Part shown: positions 20,348 through 28,607 of the stretch, in pieces
Position numbering within the stretch: the stretch's first letter is position 1
How the letters are laid out: every line of letters starts with the position of its first letter
Source of the DNA: Alphaproteobacteria bacterium UBA6149
Lineage (GTDB): Bacteria > Pseudomonadota > Alphaproteobacteria > Rickettsiales > UBA998
DNA length: 64,000 nucleotides
NCBI GenBank assembly: GCA_002423155.1
Contig: DIUV01000044.1
Location: 62,278 to 126,277, forward strand
Direction of reading: 5' to 3'
The notes under the pieces: generated by a model
What the model was told of the DNA's origin: nothing
The model's database searches: none
Seen by the model: only the letters and a program-made list of their open reading frames with translations
Position numbers and translations under genes: made by a program

Positions 20348-21342
20348 TATAAATAATGATCTGGCTGTAATAAATAATTTTGTACATAGTCAGCAATGCC
20401 CTCTTCTAGCGTAGAAAAAGGTATGTCATAACCTGCTGCAAGTAAACGATCCATCTTTGCTTCAGTAAAGTATTGATATTTATCCTTTATTGCTTCAGGC
20501 ATGTCAATATAATGAATGTTGGTTGGTTTGTTTACCGCTTTAAAAACTGCCTCGGCTAAGTCCTTGAAGCTACGTGCTTTACCGCTGCCTACGTTAAACA
20601 AGCCAGAAACTTGTGGATTTTCTAATAACCACAGCACTACATTGGCGCAATCTTTTACATAAACAAAATCACGCAACTGTCCGCCATCGGCATATTCTTT
20701 ATTATAAGATTTAAATAATTTTACCGCCAAACCTTCCCGCGCATGGGGGAAAATTTGTAAGGCAACGCTGCGTTGCTCCGCCTTATGATATTCATTGGGA
20801 CCATAGACATTAAAGAATTTCAAACCCACCGATTGGAGCGGCTGCAATTCGCCAAAAGATTTAGTGCGAGCTATATAATAATCAAATGCACATTGGCTCC
20901 AAGCTTGGGTGTGCAATGGTCTTAGTTTTTGTAAATATTCCAATGAATCATCATCATCAAAACCATGTTCTCCTGCGCCATAGGTAGAGGCAGAAGAAGC
21001 ATAGATAAAGCGTTTTTTGTTTTCAATACACCAGTTACGCAATACTTTTGAGAAAGACACGTTGTTTTCTAGCGCCAAGTTAGAATTAGTTTCGGTAGTG
21101 GAGGCAACGCCGCCCATGTGAATGATGGCTTCTAACGTATCGGAATGCATTTCCAACCAATAAAATATTTCTCCCGGAGTGATAAACTCATCAACCAGAT
21201 GTTTCACATTATTGCGCCATTTATCGCCATTATCATAAGTGTCGCAAATTGCTATGCGGTCATTAGGATATTTAATGGTTAAAGCCGCAGCAATGTTCGA
21301 GCCAATAAAACCAGCACCACCAGTTACTAAATAAGTTTTCAT
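20347..21342 (-). CDS. hldD: ADP-L-glycero-D-manno-heptose 6-epimerase-like NAD-dependent epimerase
   Basis: TGGAGFIGSN Rossmann motif, FNVYGPNE, RDFVYV.D, and C-terminal collinearity with E. coli HldD. ATG at 21342 has AGAGGA upstream and is preferred over 21366. Confidence 0.8.
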   Translation of the reverse strand: MKTYLVTGGAGFIGSNIAAALTIKYPNDRIAICDTYDNGDKWRNNVKHLVDEFITPGEIFYWLEMHSDTLEAIIHMGGVASTTETNSNLALENNVSFSKVLRNWCIENKKRFIYASSASTYGAGEHGFDDDDSLEYLQKLRPLHTQAWSQCAFDYYIARTKSFGELQPLQSVGLKFFNVYGPNEYHKAEQRSVALQIFPHAREGLAVKLFKSYNKEYADGGQLRDFVYVKDCANVVLWLLENPQVSGLFNVGSGKARSFKDLAEAVFKAVNKPTNIHYIDMPEAIKDKYQYFTEAKMDRLLAAGYDIPFSTLEEGIADYVQNYLLQPDHYL

Positions 21343-21436
21343 ATCGTTCCTCTTTATTAGTTTCATGATACTGTAGATGACAAGTAATGAATATTGAGTT
21401 AATGATGATAATATATTTTATATTGAGGTTAAGTAA

Positions 21437-21667
21437 ATGCAAAAAGACAACAAATTATTTGAGGATATGGCACGCATGGCATCTGGTGCAGCAGGAGTGG
21501 TTTTTGATGCTAAGCGCGAGATGGAAGCCATGATTGCTGCACAATTTGAAAATTTATTAGCCAAAGCAGGCTATGTAAAGCGTGATGAATTTGAAGTGGT
21601 GCGCAAGATGGCACAAACTGCTTGTGAAGAAGTAGCAGAACTAAAGAAAAGACTGGATGAGGCGTAA
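21437..21667 (+). CDS. ubiK: UbiK/YqiC-family accessory factor
   Basis: 76-aa coiled coil; the VKRDEFEVVRKM...ELKKRLDE pattern resembles YqiC. Confidence 0.65.
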   Translation: MQKDNKLFEDMARMASGAAGVVFDAKREMEAMIAAQFENLLAKAGYVKRDEFEVVRKMAQTACEEVAELKKRLDEA

Positions 21668-21734
21668 CAATCATCAATTAAAACTTCTGCATAATCCACA
21701 GGAAGCTTGTTTAAGCGGTTCTTATGCTTTTACA

Positions 21735-22385
21735 TCACATATTTTTAACAAACTCGGGCAGGCTAGTCTGACGTACTCTTTTGTTGCGCTCTGCTTTTAA
21801 TATATGCACAATTTGCGCTAAAGTGGCGTCAACATCCTGATTTATGACTACATAATCATATTCATTCCAATGCGCCATTTCATCTGCTGCTTTTTCCATG
21901 CGATGTTTTACTACTTCGTCGCTGTCTTGTGCACGTGAACGTAAGCGATTTTCTAGCTCACGCATGGAGGGAGGGAGAATAAATACGCTAACTAAATCAT
22001 CGCGGCAACATTGCGCTAGTTGACGTGTTCCCTGCCAATCAATATCAAACAAAACATCTTGACCAGAAGCCAAAGCCGCATTTACAAAATCAGCAGGAGT
22101 GCCATAACTATTGCCAAAAACTGTAGCAAATTCCAGCAACTCGCCGGCTTTTGCCATCTTATCAAAGGTCATTTGATCAACAAAACGATAATCCTCGCCG
22201 TTGACTTCCCCCAATCTTTGCGGACGGGTGGTTACTGAAACCGACATGGTGATGCCAGCTTCTTCTGCCAAAAGTCGCCGTGATAAAGTAGTTTTTCCTG
22301 CTCCTGATGGCGAGGATAAAACAAACATGAATCCGCGCCTGAATCCAGTTAAAGATGTGTCAGTTAACGATTTGATATCTGACAT
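21735..22385 (-). CDS. gmk: guanylate kinase
   Basis: P-loop SSPSGAGKTT, TTRP.R..E..G.DY.F. Confidence 0.92.
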   Translation of the reverse strand: MSDIKSLTDTSLTGFRRGFMFVLSSPSGAGKTTLSRRLLAEEAGITMSVSVTTRPQRLGEVNGEDYRFVDQMTFDKMAKAGELLEFATVFGNSYGTPADFVNAALASGQDVLFDIDWQGTRQLAQCCRDDLVSVFILPPSMRELENRLRSRAQDSDEVVKHRMEKAADEMAHWNEYDYVVINQDVDATLAQIVHILKAERNKRVRQTSLPEFVKNM

Positions 22386-22987
22386 TATTTATCCCCTATG
22401 AATTTACGGAGGGAAACTGCTAAATTTTCTGGGCTTATATCGTGAGCAAAATGTGCCACATATTCGCCGTTGCGATTCATCAAATAAATAAATGCTGAAT
22501 GATTAACCATGTAAGTTTTTGTTTTTACATCCGCATGTTCTGAGGCATAAATTTTATAAGCAGCTTGTGCTTTTTTTAAATCCTCTAATTCTCCCGTTAA
22601 AGCGACAGTAGAGGGATGAAAATTAGCAACATAATCTGCCAATGTTTTTACATCATCGCGCTTGGGATCCACAGTTATAAAAATAGGCACTATTTCTGTA
22701 CTGGCTTTACCCAACATATTAAGCGCCTGGGTAATATGCATCATCGCTGTAGGGCATTCATCTGGGCAGCTAGTGAATCCGAAAAACACCAACATCAATT
22801 TTCCACGAAAATCCGTAGATTTAACTATTTTGTTGTGCTGATTAGTTAAGGAAAAATCTCCCCCAATAGTAGTTTTTTCTACAGGACGCACCTCCGCCGA
22901 AACGGCTGATTGCATTTGCCAAGTCAATAACATATACGCAACCAAAGCTAAAGCAGGGATAGCAATAAAAAATATCTTGTTTTTCAT
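22385..22987 (-). CDS. SCO1/SenC-family copper chaperone
   Basis: N-terminal TM anchor and a thioredoxin fold with CPDECP (CxxxC) and a downstream His. Confidence 0.85.
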   Translation of the reverse strand: MKNKIFFIAIPALALVAYMLLTWQMQSAVSAEVRPVEKTTIGGDFSLTNQHNKIVKSTDFRGKLMLVFFGFTSCPDECPTAMMHITQALNMLGKASTEIVPIFITVDPKRDDVKTLADYVANFHPSTVALTGELEDLKKAQAAYKIYASEHADVKTKTYMVNHSAFIYLMNRNGEYVAHFAHDISPENLAVSLRKFIGDK

Positions 22988-23126
22988 AATTTCTCTAATC
23001 TGTTATAAAGCCATTTTAATAAAGTTACTTGCATAAACTGTAAAGTGTTTTCCGCTTCTCTTAAGGTTAAAATCATGCTATCAGGATGACAGTTATTTCT
23101 TAAACAACAAGTATTGGAGATTTAAT

Positions 23127-23564
23127 ATGAGAAAATTATTATTACTCGCCCCCTTGAGCATGTTCTTAGCTAGTGGAATTGCTCATGCTGAAGGAGATAT
23201 GGCTCCTATGGGCAAGCACCCACGTAAAATGGAGCAGACTTTATCGAAACTACCTGCTGACAAAGCCGCTGCTTTTAAAGCGGTTATGGAAAAGAACAAA
23301 GCTGCAAACGAAGCAACCATAGAACAAATCAAAAAATTAGAAGACAAAAAATTTGATATTCTAAGTGCAGAAAAATTTGACCAAGCAGCTTATGTTGCAA
23401 CTACAGGTGAAATTCATAAATTACGCCAAACCATCATGAGCTCGCATTGTGATGCTTTCGCTAATTTTGCGGCAGGTCTATCTCAGGCAGAGCGCAAAAC
23501 ATTGGCTGATTCTTTGAAAAAAGGACATGGCAAAATGCGTGAAATGCATGGAGATAATGATTAG
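23127..23564 (+). CDS. secreted helical protein, Spy/CpxP/ZraP-like
   Basis: Signal peptide (..GIAHA/EG) and a helical Lys/Ala-rich body. The family assignment is tentative. Confidence 0.4.
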   Translation: MRKLLLLAPLSMFLASGIAHAEGDMAPMGKHPRKMEQTLSKLPADKAAAFKAVMEKNKAANEATIEQIKKLEDKKFDILSAEKFDQAAYVATTGEIHKLRQTIMSSHCDAFANFAAGLSQAERKTLADSLKKGHGKMREMHGDND

Positions 23565-23586
23565 TCTTTCCAAGTGGAATGAGTAT

Positions 23587-23621
23587 AAAAAAGCCTCTCG
23601 TTATTAACGGGGGGCTTTTTT
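23587..23621 (+). terminator. intrinsic terminator hairpin; left copy of the 35-bp direct repeat
   Basis: AAAAAAGCCTCTCGTTATTAACGGGGGGCTTTTTT has a 10-bp stem (two G-U pairs on the plus-strand RNA) followed by a U run. An identical copy lies at 25492-25526. Confidence 0.7.
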
Positions 23622-23652
23622 TAATTTTAATAATTCACGGAATTACCGAAAG

Positions 23653-23829
23653 CTACTTTGTAGTTTCGGATTTATTCTGATTTTCGTAATTATTCTTGTT
23701 GTTTAAATTGCTAAGTTCTGACTTAATCTCTTGAAGAGGGCTGTTATAATACATCCAATCCGGAGCTTTTTTAAAGCTCTCATTAGCCTCGGATAATTGT
23801 AACGAAATCCAATTTTTTCTTAGTGACAT
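23653..23829 (-). CDS. small hypothetical protein (58 aa) coupled to the deaminase gene
   Basis: AAGGAG lies 7 nt upstream of the ATG at 23829, which is 24 nt after the deaminase stop. The track start at 23847 is less likely. Confidence 0.35.
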   Translation of the reverse strand: MSLRKNWISLQLSEANESFKKAPDWMYYNSPLQEIKSELSNLNNKNNYENQNKSETTK

Positions 23830-23853
23830 AAATCTTCTCCTTATCATTGTATT

Positions 23854-25401
23854 TCAATCTATAATTTTAAGCCCGTATTTGTCCATTAAATTATCAAACT
23901 CTATTAAATGAGCTTCTTCCATATGAATGTGAAATGGCAAAAAAACTGTAAATTTAAATTTTGCCTTTTGTGGAGACCATTCAATAGCATCTCCAACAGT
24001 GTTTTTTCTTTTATCTATCATCTTAAATAGTTGGCTAGCTTTATTTGGAGAAATTCCCATAAAAGATTTGAAGTTTACTTTACCTTCTACATCTGTCGAA
24101 TCTATGCATACTGAGTCATCATACAGATCCTTTGTTTTGCTTTTAGGGTACGGCTCAATGAAATATAATTTACTTATTCCAGACGAAATTATATGCCTTG
24201 CACAAATATGGCATGGGAAAGTTGTGCAGAAAAGAGTTTTTCCTGAAAGTGATAGCCCTCTTTTTGCGGCATCTGTTATAGCTGCCATTTCTGCGTGCAC
24301 GATTCTACCAAATTCTAAAATATTTGATAGAGTGCTGTCCTTTAGAATATTTTTGTGCTCTCCCTCAGTACACTTGTGAATAAGACTATCGCTATCTTTT
24401 ACTTTATTTTTATCAAAGAAATCGGCCTTAAAAAGAGCGTTTATAACTTCAGTTAACATTTCATTTTTAGCTTTGGCACTACTATCAAATCCCACTTTAT
24501 GGTCCCTATAGTCTTTTGAATCTGGCCAATATTGTCCTCCGCCGGCTTTAGGTACCTCGTTGCATCCTAAAGATATTACGCAACCATCATCGTCTAAAAT
24601 AACAGCACCAACTTGTCTTGATAAATCAGCAGACCTAAGAGCAGAAACACTAGCTAGAAATTGACCATATTCTTCTTTTGTCGGGGTATGAAATGGATGC
24701 CCAAAAAGTATTTCTATAAATCTTTTTATATTATATTTTAGAGATTCCTTATCACTTTCATCAACAAATAAATCAGCAAGATGAAAGGCAGCACCAACAT
24801 TCTGTCCTGTCGCCCCAGCCTCTTCGTTGTAATCTCTTTCTATTAATGCTTCTGCATGTGAGTAGTATTTTGTATGTGCTGATTTTCCATAACTCTTAGC
24901 TATTTTTCTTGCTAAGGTTTCTTTCCTTTTCTCTCTAGGTGAATATACTGATATTAAAAAAAATAAGTCTCCATATATTTTTCTAAGAAGATTTACTTCT
25001 TCTGTATTTTTTAGTGAGTTAAAAATATAGGCTACTTTGCTTCCTGCCTTGCGCGAATCACCAGTAAAATAGCGGCGATTTTCACGAACGGTTGTCAGTG
25101 CGGCTAATGCCAAAGCATCACCTCTTTTCATCTTGTTTTTATAAGTTGTACCTGCCGTCATATAAGAATCTATTCTTTTATCTTGGAAGGTCTCTTCTAA
25201 AGTAACACCTAGTCCATCAATATGCGCCAATATTTCACTTAGCCTAATGCTTTGAACTGTGTAATCCAATTTATTAAGTTCCGAGGAAAGGCGTGCTATT
25301 GTAATATCTAAATCAGTGCCCACAGGACCAATTAATCCAAAAAATATTTCTGGCGTTGGATTTGATTCTAATAAATTTGCATCACTCTTTTTATTAGTCA
25401 T
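23854..25401 (-). CDS. AvcD-like / defensive dCTP-deaminase-like protein (N-terminal kinase-like fold fused to a zinc cytidine/dCMP deaminase)
   Basis: The C-terminal half has deaminase motifs SRQVGAVILDDDGCVISLGCNE, HAEMAAI and PCHICARHIISSGI. The N-terminal ~250 aa has a degenerate P-loop-like GLIGPVGT. The ATG at 25401 (AGAGGA upstream) is preferred over the TTG at 25440. Confidence 0.75.
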   Translation of the reverse strand: MTNKKSDANLLESNPTPEIFFGLIGPVGTDLDITIARLSSELNKLDYTVQSIRLSEILAHIDGLGVTLEETFQDKRIDSYMTAGTTYKNKMKRGDALALAALTTVRENRRYFTGDSRKAGSKVAYIFNSLKNTEEVNLLRKIYGDLFFLISVYSPREKRKETLARKIAKSYGKSAHTKYYSHAEALIERDYNEEAGATGQNVGAAFHLADLFVDESDKESLKYNIKRFIEILFGHPFHTPTKEEYGQFLASVSALRSADLSRQVGAVILDDDGCVISLGCNEVPKAGGGQYWPDSKDYRDHKVGFDSSAKAKNEMLTEVINALFKADFFDKNKVKDSDSLIHKCTEGEHKNILKDSTLSNILEFGRIVHAEMAAITDAAKRGLSLSGKTLFCTTFPCHICARHIISSGISKLYFIEPYPKSKTKDLYDDSVCIDSTDVEGKVNFKSFMGISPNKASQLFKMIDKRKNTVGDAIEWSPQKAKFKFTVFLPFHIHMEEAHLIEFDNLMDKYGLKIID

Positions 25402-25491
25402 TATTTCCTCTTTTTTGCCATTATATTGTTGTTTTTTCAAAATATTTAACTATGATATTAGTATTAGTTATATAACAATAAACTTAATCTG

Positions 25492-25526
25492 AAAAAAGCC
25501 TCTCGTTATTAACGGGGGGCTTTTTT
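25492..25526. terminator. right copy of the 35-bp direct repeat / terminator hairpin
   Basis: Identical to 23587-23621. It overlaps the stop codon of the 497-aa gene (25525-25527). Confidence 0.7.
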
Positions 25527-27018
25527 AATGCTGATGCCCGCCCATAGCGCATTGAATTTTATCAACATTTCGTTCTGGTGGCTTTATTTGTTGCCCAAAG
25601 CCAATATATTGCTCCACCCCGTTTTGCTTAATCTGCAAATAAAACTGGGTGGCGCCGCTATTATCGGGCTCTATATGAAATTGTAAAACCGGTCCACCTT
25701 TTGCGTCGGCAGAGTTTGGTTCTACTCCCACAGGATGCGTGTGAATAATAGATTTTCCATCCGCACTAAAGCCAACCAAATGCGCAAAAGCGCCCATGAT
25801 GGGCTCTAAATTAGTAACCGGATTTCCGTCTTTGTCACTAATGGTAAAATCTACCATAGATGCCTGATTTTGCTGCAATGGTTGAGCTAAATTCCAGTGC
25901 ACATGCAGACCATTTTTTTCTGCCTCATTATTAGACCGTATAAAAGGCACAATATTGCGAGAAATCGGAGAATTTATGGTGGTTAGTAATTTATGGTTCG
26001 TGTTATCAGATTTAAGCGTAAAATCGCTCCAGACATTGTAACTATTGCTGGTTTTGGGCATGAAGGAAAATTCATATATTCCAGGGCGTTCGGTTGGTTC
26101 TGGGTGAATATGGTGGTAATCTTGCAAAGCGGGATCTACCACAAATAAATGTAATTTTTTGGTATGCACAATTGCTAGCTCATCTGGAGTTAAGGGAGTG
26201 CCATTTTTATGAGTTAATTGCAAATATGCTTTGCAATTACTGCCAGCAATGGGAGGAGTTGCTGTGGTTATCGCAGCATTTATTGAGCCATCGGAATATT
26301 TTTGTTCTGGATAATTTTCTGGAGTCAATTTTTGTACAAAAGAATTTTCTTTTTCATCTGCTGGGCTTTGCCATAAATGCGCCCCCAACAAGGTAGAAAT
26401 AAACGGCATGCCGCAGGTGAAAATATGTGGAATTATTGAGGCTATCCCTAAGGCGGCTGCGCCCCCAGCATGATTATGCATGGCTAGCCCTAAAGTTTTG
26501 CTCATTACTCCTGCCATGTTTTCTGCCAAGGCAGTGTCTTTGGTCAAGGCAGCAAAAAAGACTAAGCCATTGGCAATACCCGTTAAAACGGTGGGTAAGG
26601 AAATAAGTGCCGTAGCCGCCAATGCGGTATAACGGATAATTTTTCCCCAATTTAACCCATGAGTACCATTATCGTGTTTTTCAATAAAATTGCCGAGTAA
26701 TATTCCACCAATTCCCACTGTACCAATCGTGGCAGCGCTAAAGCTGCTGCTGGTTAGTAATTTTTCACCAATCAAGGGAATGCCCGAAATAATTTTATTT
26801 ACCCCATCCGCCAGACCATGGCTATCTATCATACTGGCCTGCATGGCGGTTTTTGCTGCTTCTTCCCCCACACCTAACGAGGGCAAAATATGTGGAGCCA
26901 GCACAATAGCGGCACCCGTCAAAGCAATCCCCGTCATGATGGTACTTAAAGAAATACCCGAGGAAGATTGCAGGTGATGATGTACGTGTGGATCAGCAAT
27001 ATTAGATTCTGCATTCAT
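25525..27018 (-). CDS. polytopic membrane protein with His-rich termini and a C-terminal beta-rich, possibly metal-binding, domain
   Basis: 497 aa. N-terminal HVHHH, about 6 TM/Gly-rich segments, repeated ..YHHIHPEP.. and ..IHTHP.. motifs, and C-terminal CAMGGHQH. Confidence 0.5.
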   Translation of the reverse strand: MNAESNIADPHVHHHLQSSSGISLSTIMTGIALTGAAIVLAPHILPSLGVGEEAAKTAMQASMIDSHGLADGVNKIISGIPLIGEKLLTSSSFSAATIGTVGIGGILLGNFIEKHDNGTHGLNWGKIIRYTALAATALISLPTVLTGIANGLVFFAALTKDTALAENMAGVMSKTLGLAMHNHAGGAAALGIASIIPHIFTCGMPFISTLLGAHLWQSPADEKENSFVQKLTPENYPEQKYSDGSINAAITTATPPIAGSNCKAYLQLTHKNGTPLTPDELAIVHTKKLHLFVVDPALQDYHHIHPEPTERPGIYEFSFMPKTSNSYNVWSDFTLKSDNTNHKLLTTINSPISRNIVPFIRSNNEAEKNGLHVHWNLAQPLQQNQASMVDFTISDKDGNPVTNLEPIMGAFAHLVGFSADGKSIIHTHPVGVEPNSADAKGGPVLQFHIEPDNSGATQFYLQIKQNGVEQYIGFGQQIKPPERNVDKIQCAMGGHQH

Positions 27019-27053
27019 AATTAATGTATATTAAGCACTGCGGATGAAAAAGT

Positions 27054-28208
27054 CTAATATTCTTTATCCCAAACATCAAAAACTCGGCGGTGTTCCTGCA
27101 AAGCAAAGCGGTCAGTCATGCCTGCGATGAAATCGGCGACCAAACGGGCTTTGGCGAATTTTTCTGCATTTTCCGCTTGTTCCTTCCACTCGGTGGGCAA
27201 ACAATCTGGTTCGTTGATGAAAAAAGTGAATAATTCGCGCACCACTCTACGCGCTTTGCTGGTCATGCGGTTTACTTTGTAGTGGCGGTACATGCGCTCT
27301 TTTAAAAAAGCTTTTAGTTCGCGGTTATACGCCACGACATTATCGGAAAAATGCACTAATTGCTTGCCCACATTGCGCACATCTTCGACCGATTTTATAT
27401 TATATTCTGCAATATTTTGCTGAGTCTGGGTTAGCACATCTGCAACCAGCAAATTAATTATCCGCCGCACTACTTCATGTACTCTGCGCCGCGCATCTAA
27501 ATTGGGATAGGCGTTATCCACCGCATGCAAAACTTCTCCCACTAAGGGCAAATCTGCTAATTCATCCAAGCCAAAAAATCCTGCGCGAATACCATCTTCA
27601 ACATCATGATTATTATAAGCAATATCATCAGCAATCGCGGCAACTTGCGCTTCTAATCCGGCAAAAGTTTTGATTTCTAAATCATGTTTTTCTATATATT
27701 GAGCAATTGCAAACGGAACCTCCCCAAGAATTGGTCCGTTATGTTTAGCGATGCCCTCAAGCGTTTCCCAAGTTAGATTTAAGCCATCAAATTGGGCATA
27801 ACGATGCTCTAAACTGGTGAGAATCCGCAAAGCTTGGGCGTTATGATCAAACCCACCGAGTTCCTGCATCACCTCGCGCAGACCATCTTCGCCAGCATGT
27901 CCGAACGGGGTGTGCCCTAAATCATGCGCTAATGCGAGGGCTTCGCCCAAATCTTCATCCAGCTGCAAATAACGACACATCGAACGAGTTAATTGACCAA
28001 CTTCCAAACTATGAGTCAAACGAGTGCGATAATGATCGCCTTCGTGATTAATAAATACTTGGGTTTTATATTCTAAACGCCGAAAAGCCGCCGAGTGAAT
28101 AATCCGATCGCGATCGCGCTGGAAATCGCTGCGCGTAGAGCAGGATTTTTCTGCATATAGACGCCCGCGAGTTTGGCTGGCCTGAGTGGCGTATGGAGCT
28201 AGGGTCAT
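27054..28208 (-). CDS. dgt: dGTP triphosphohydrolase-like HD-domain protein
   Basis: FQRDRDRIIHSAAFRRLEYKTQVF, RLTHSLEV and HDLGHTPFGH motifs; 384 aa. Confidence 0.85.
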   Translation of the reverse strand: MTLAPYATQASQTRGRLYAEKSCSTRSDFQRDRDRIIHSAAFRRLEYKTQVFINHEGDHYRTRLTHSLEVGQLTRSMCRYLQLDEDLGEALALAHDLGHTPFGHAGEDGLREVMQELGGFDHNAQALRILTSLEHRYAQFDGLNLTWETLEGIAKHNGPILGEVPFAIAQYIEKHDLEIKTFAGLEAQVAAIADDIAYNNHDVEDGIRAGFFGLDELADLPLVGEVLHAVDNAYPNLDARRRVHEVVRRIINLLVADVLTQTQQNIAEYNIKSVEDVRNVGKQLVHFSDNVVAYNRELKAFLKERMYRHYKVNRMTSKARRVVRELFTFFINEPDCLPTEWKEQAENAEKFAKARLVADFIAGMTDRFALQEHRRVFDVWDKEY

Positions 28209-28495
28209 ACAGGCTTTGCTTCGTTTAAAATTTTACTTCTAGTAGCATGATAAAGACCTGATTCAAATACTATATCTATTCTTCGAGAAAAAAGTTTCTC
28301 CAAATCATTTTGGAAATCAACAAAGGCTAAAGGGTCGCGAGCATCTTCTACGTTAACTAAGAAATCTATATCACTATCAGCGGTTTCCTCACCTCTAACC
28401 ACTGAACCAAACACACGGACATCTCTCAAGCCTTTTTGAGTGGCAAGGGTAATAATGGCATCCCGATGGCGGTGTATTTTATCTAATAGTTTCAT
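28205..28495 (-). CDS. MNT-type minimal nucleotidyltransferase (antitoxin-like)
   Basis: GSVVRGEETADSDIDFLV signature; 96 aa. Its stop overlaps the dgt start (ATGA at 28208-28205). Confidence 0.75.
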   Translation of the reverse strand: MKLLDKIHRHRDAIITLATQKGLRDVRVFGSVVRGEETADSDIDFLVNVEDARDPLAFVDFQNDLEKLFSRRIDIVFESGLYHATRSKILNEAKPV

Positions 28496-28524
28496 ATAAA
28501 TCCTTCATCTCAAGGGATATTATA

Positions 28525-28586
28525 TAAAAAAACTCTCCCGTTTGCACCCCAAAAAATATTTTTGATTAATGGTCAAACGAGAGAGT
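28525..28586 (-). terminator. possible carD terminator (13-bp stem, large loop, T7 run)
   Basis: Minus strand reads AACTCTCTCGTTTG...CAAACGGGAGAGTTTTTTT directly after the carD stop. TATAAT and GAAGGA for the next gene follow. Confidence 0.35.
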
Positions 28587-28607
28587 TACAACAAGGTCTA
28601 ATATATT

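Larger units (their letters stand above)
23622..25491. mobile_element. putative 1.87-kb inserted islet between the two repeat copies (no integrase or transposase)
   Basis: Bounded by a perfect 35-bp direct repeat. It is visibly more AT-rich than both flanks and carries only the deaminase fusion and a small ORF. Confidence 0.55.

Noticed and set aside
27054-28208. dGTPase as a stand-alone phage-defence gene
   Set aside because: The sequence, size (384 aa) and N-terminal pattern look like the widely conserved alphaproteobacterial Dgt-like housekeeping protein. Composition matches the flanks. Only the MNT coupling is flagged.
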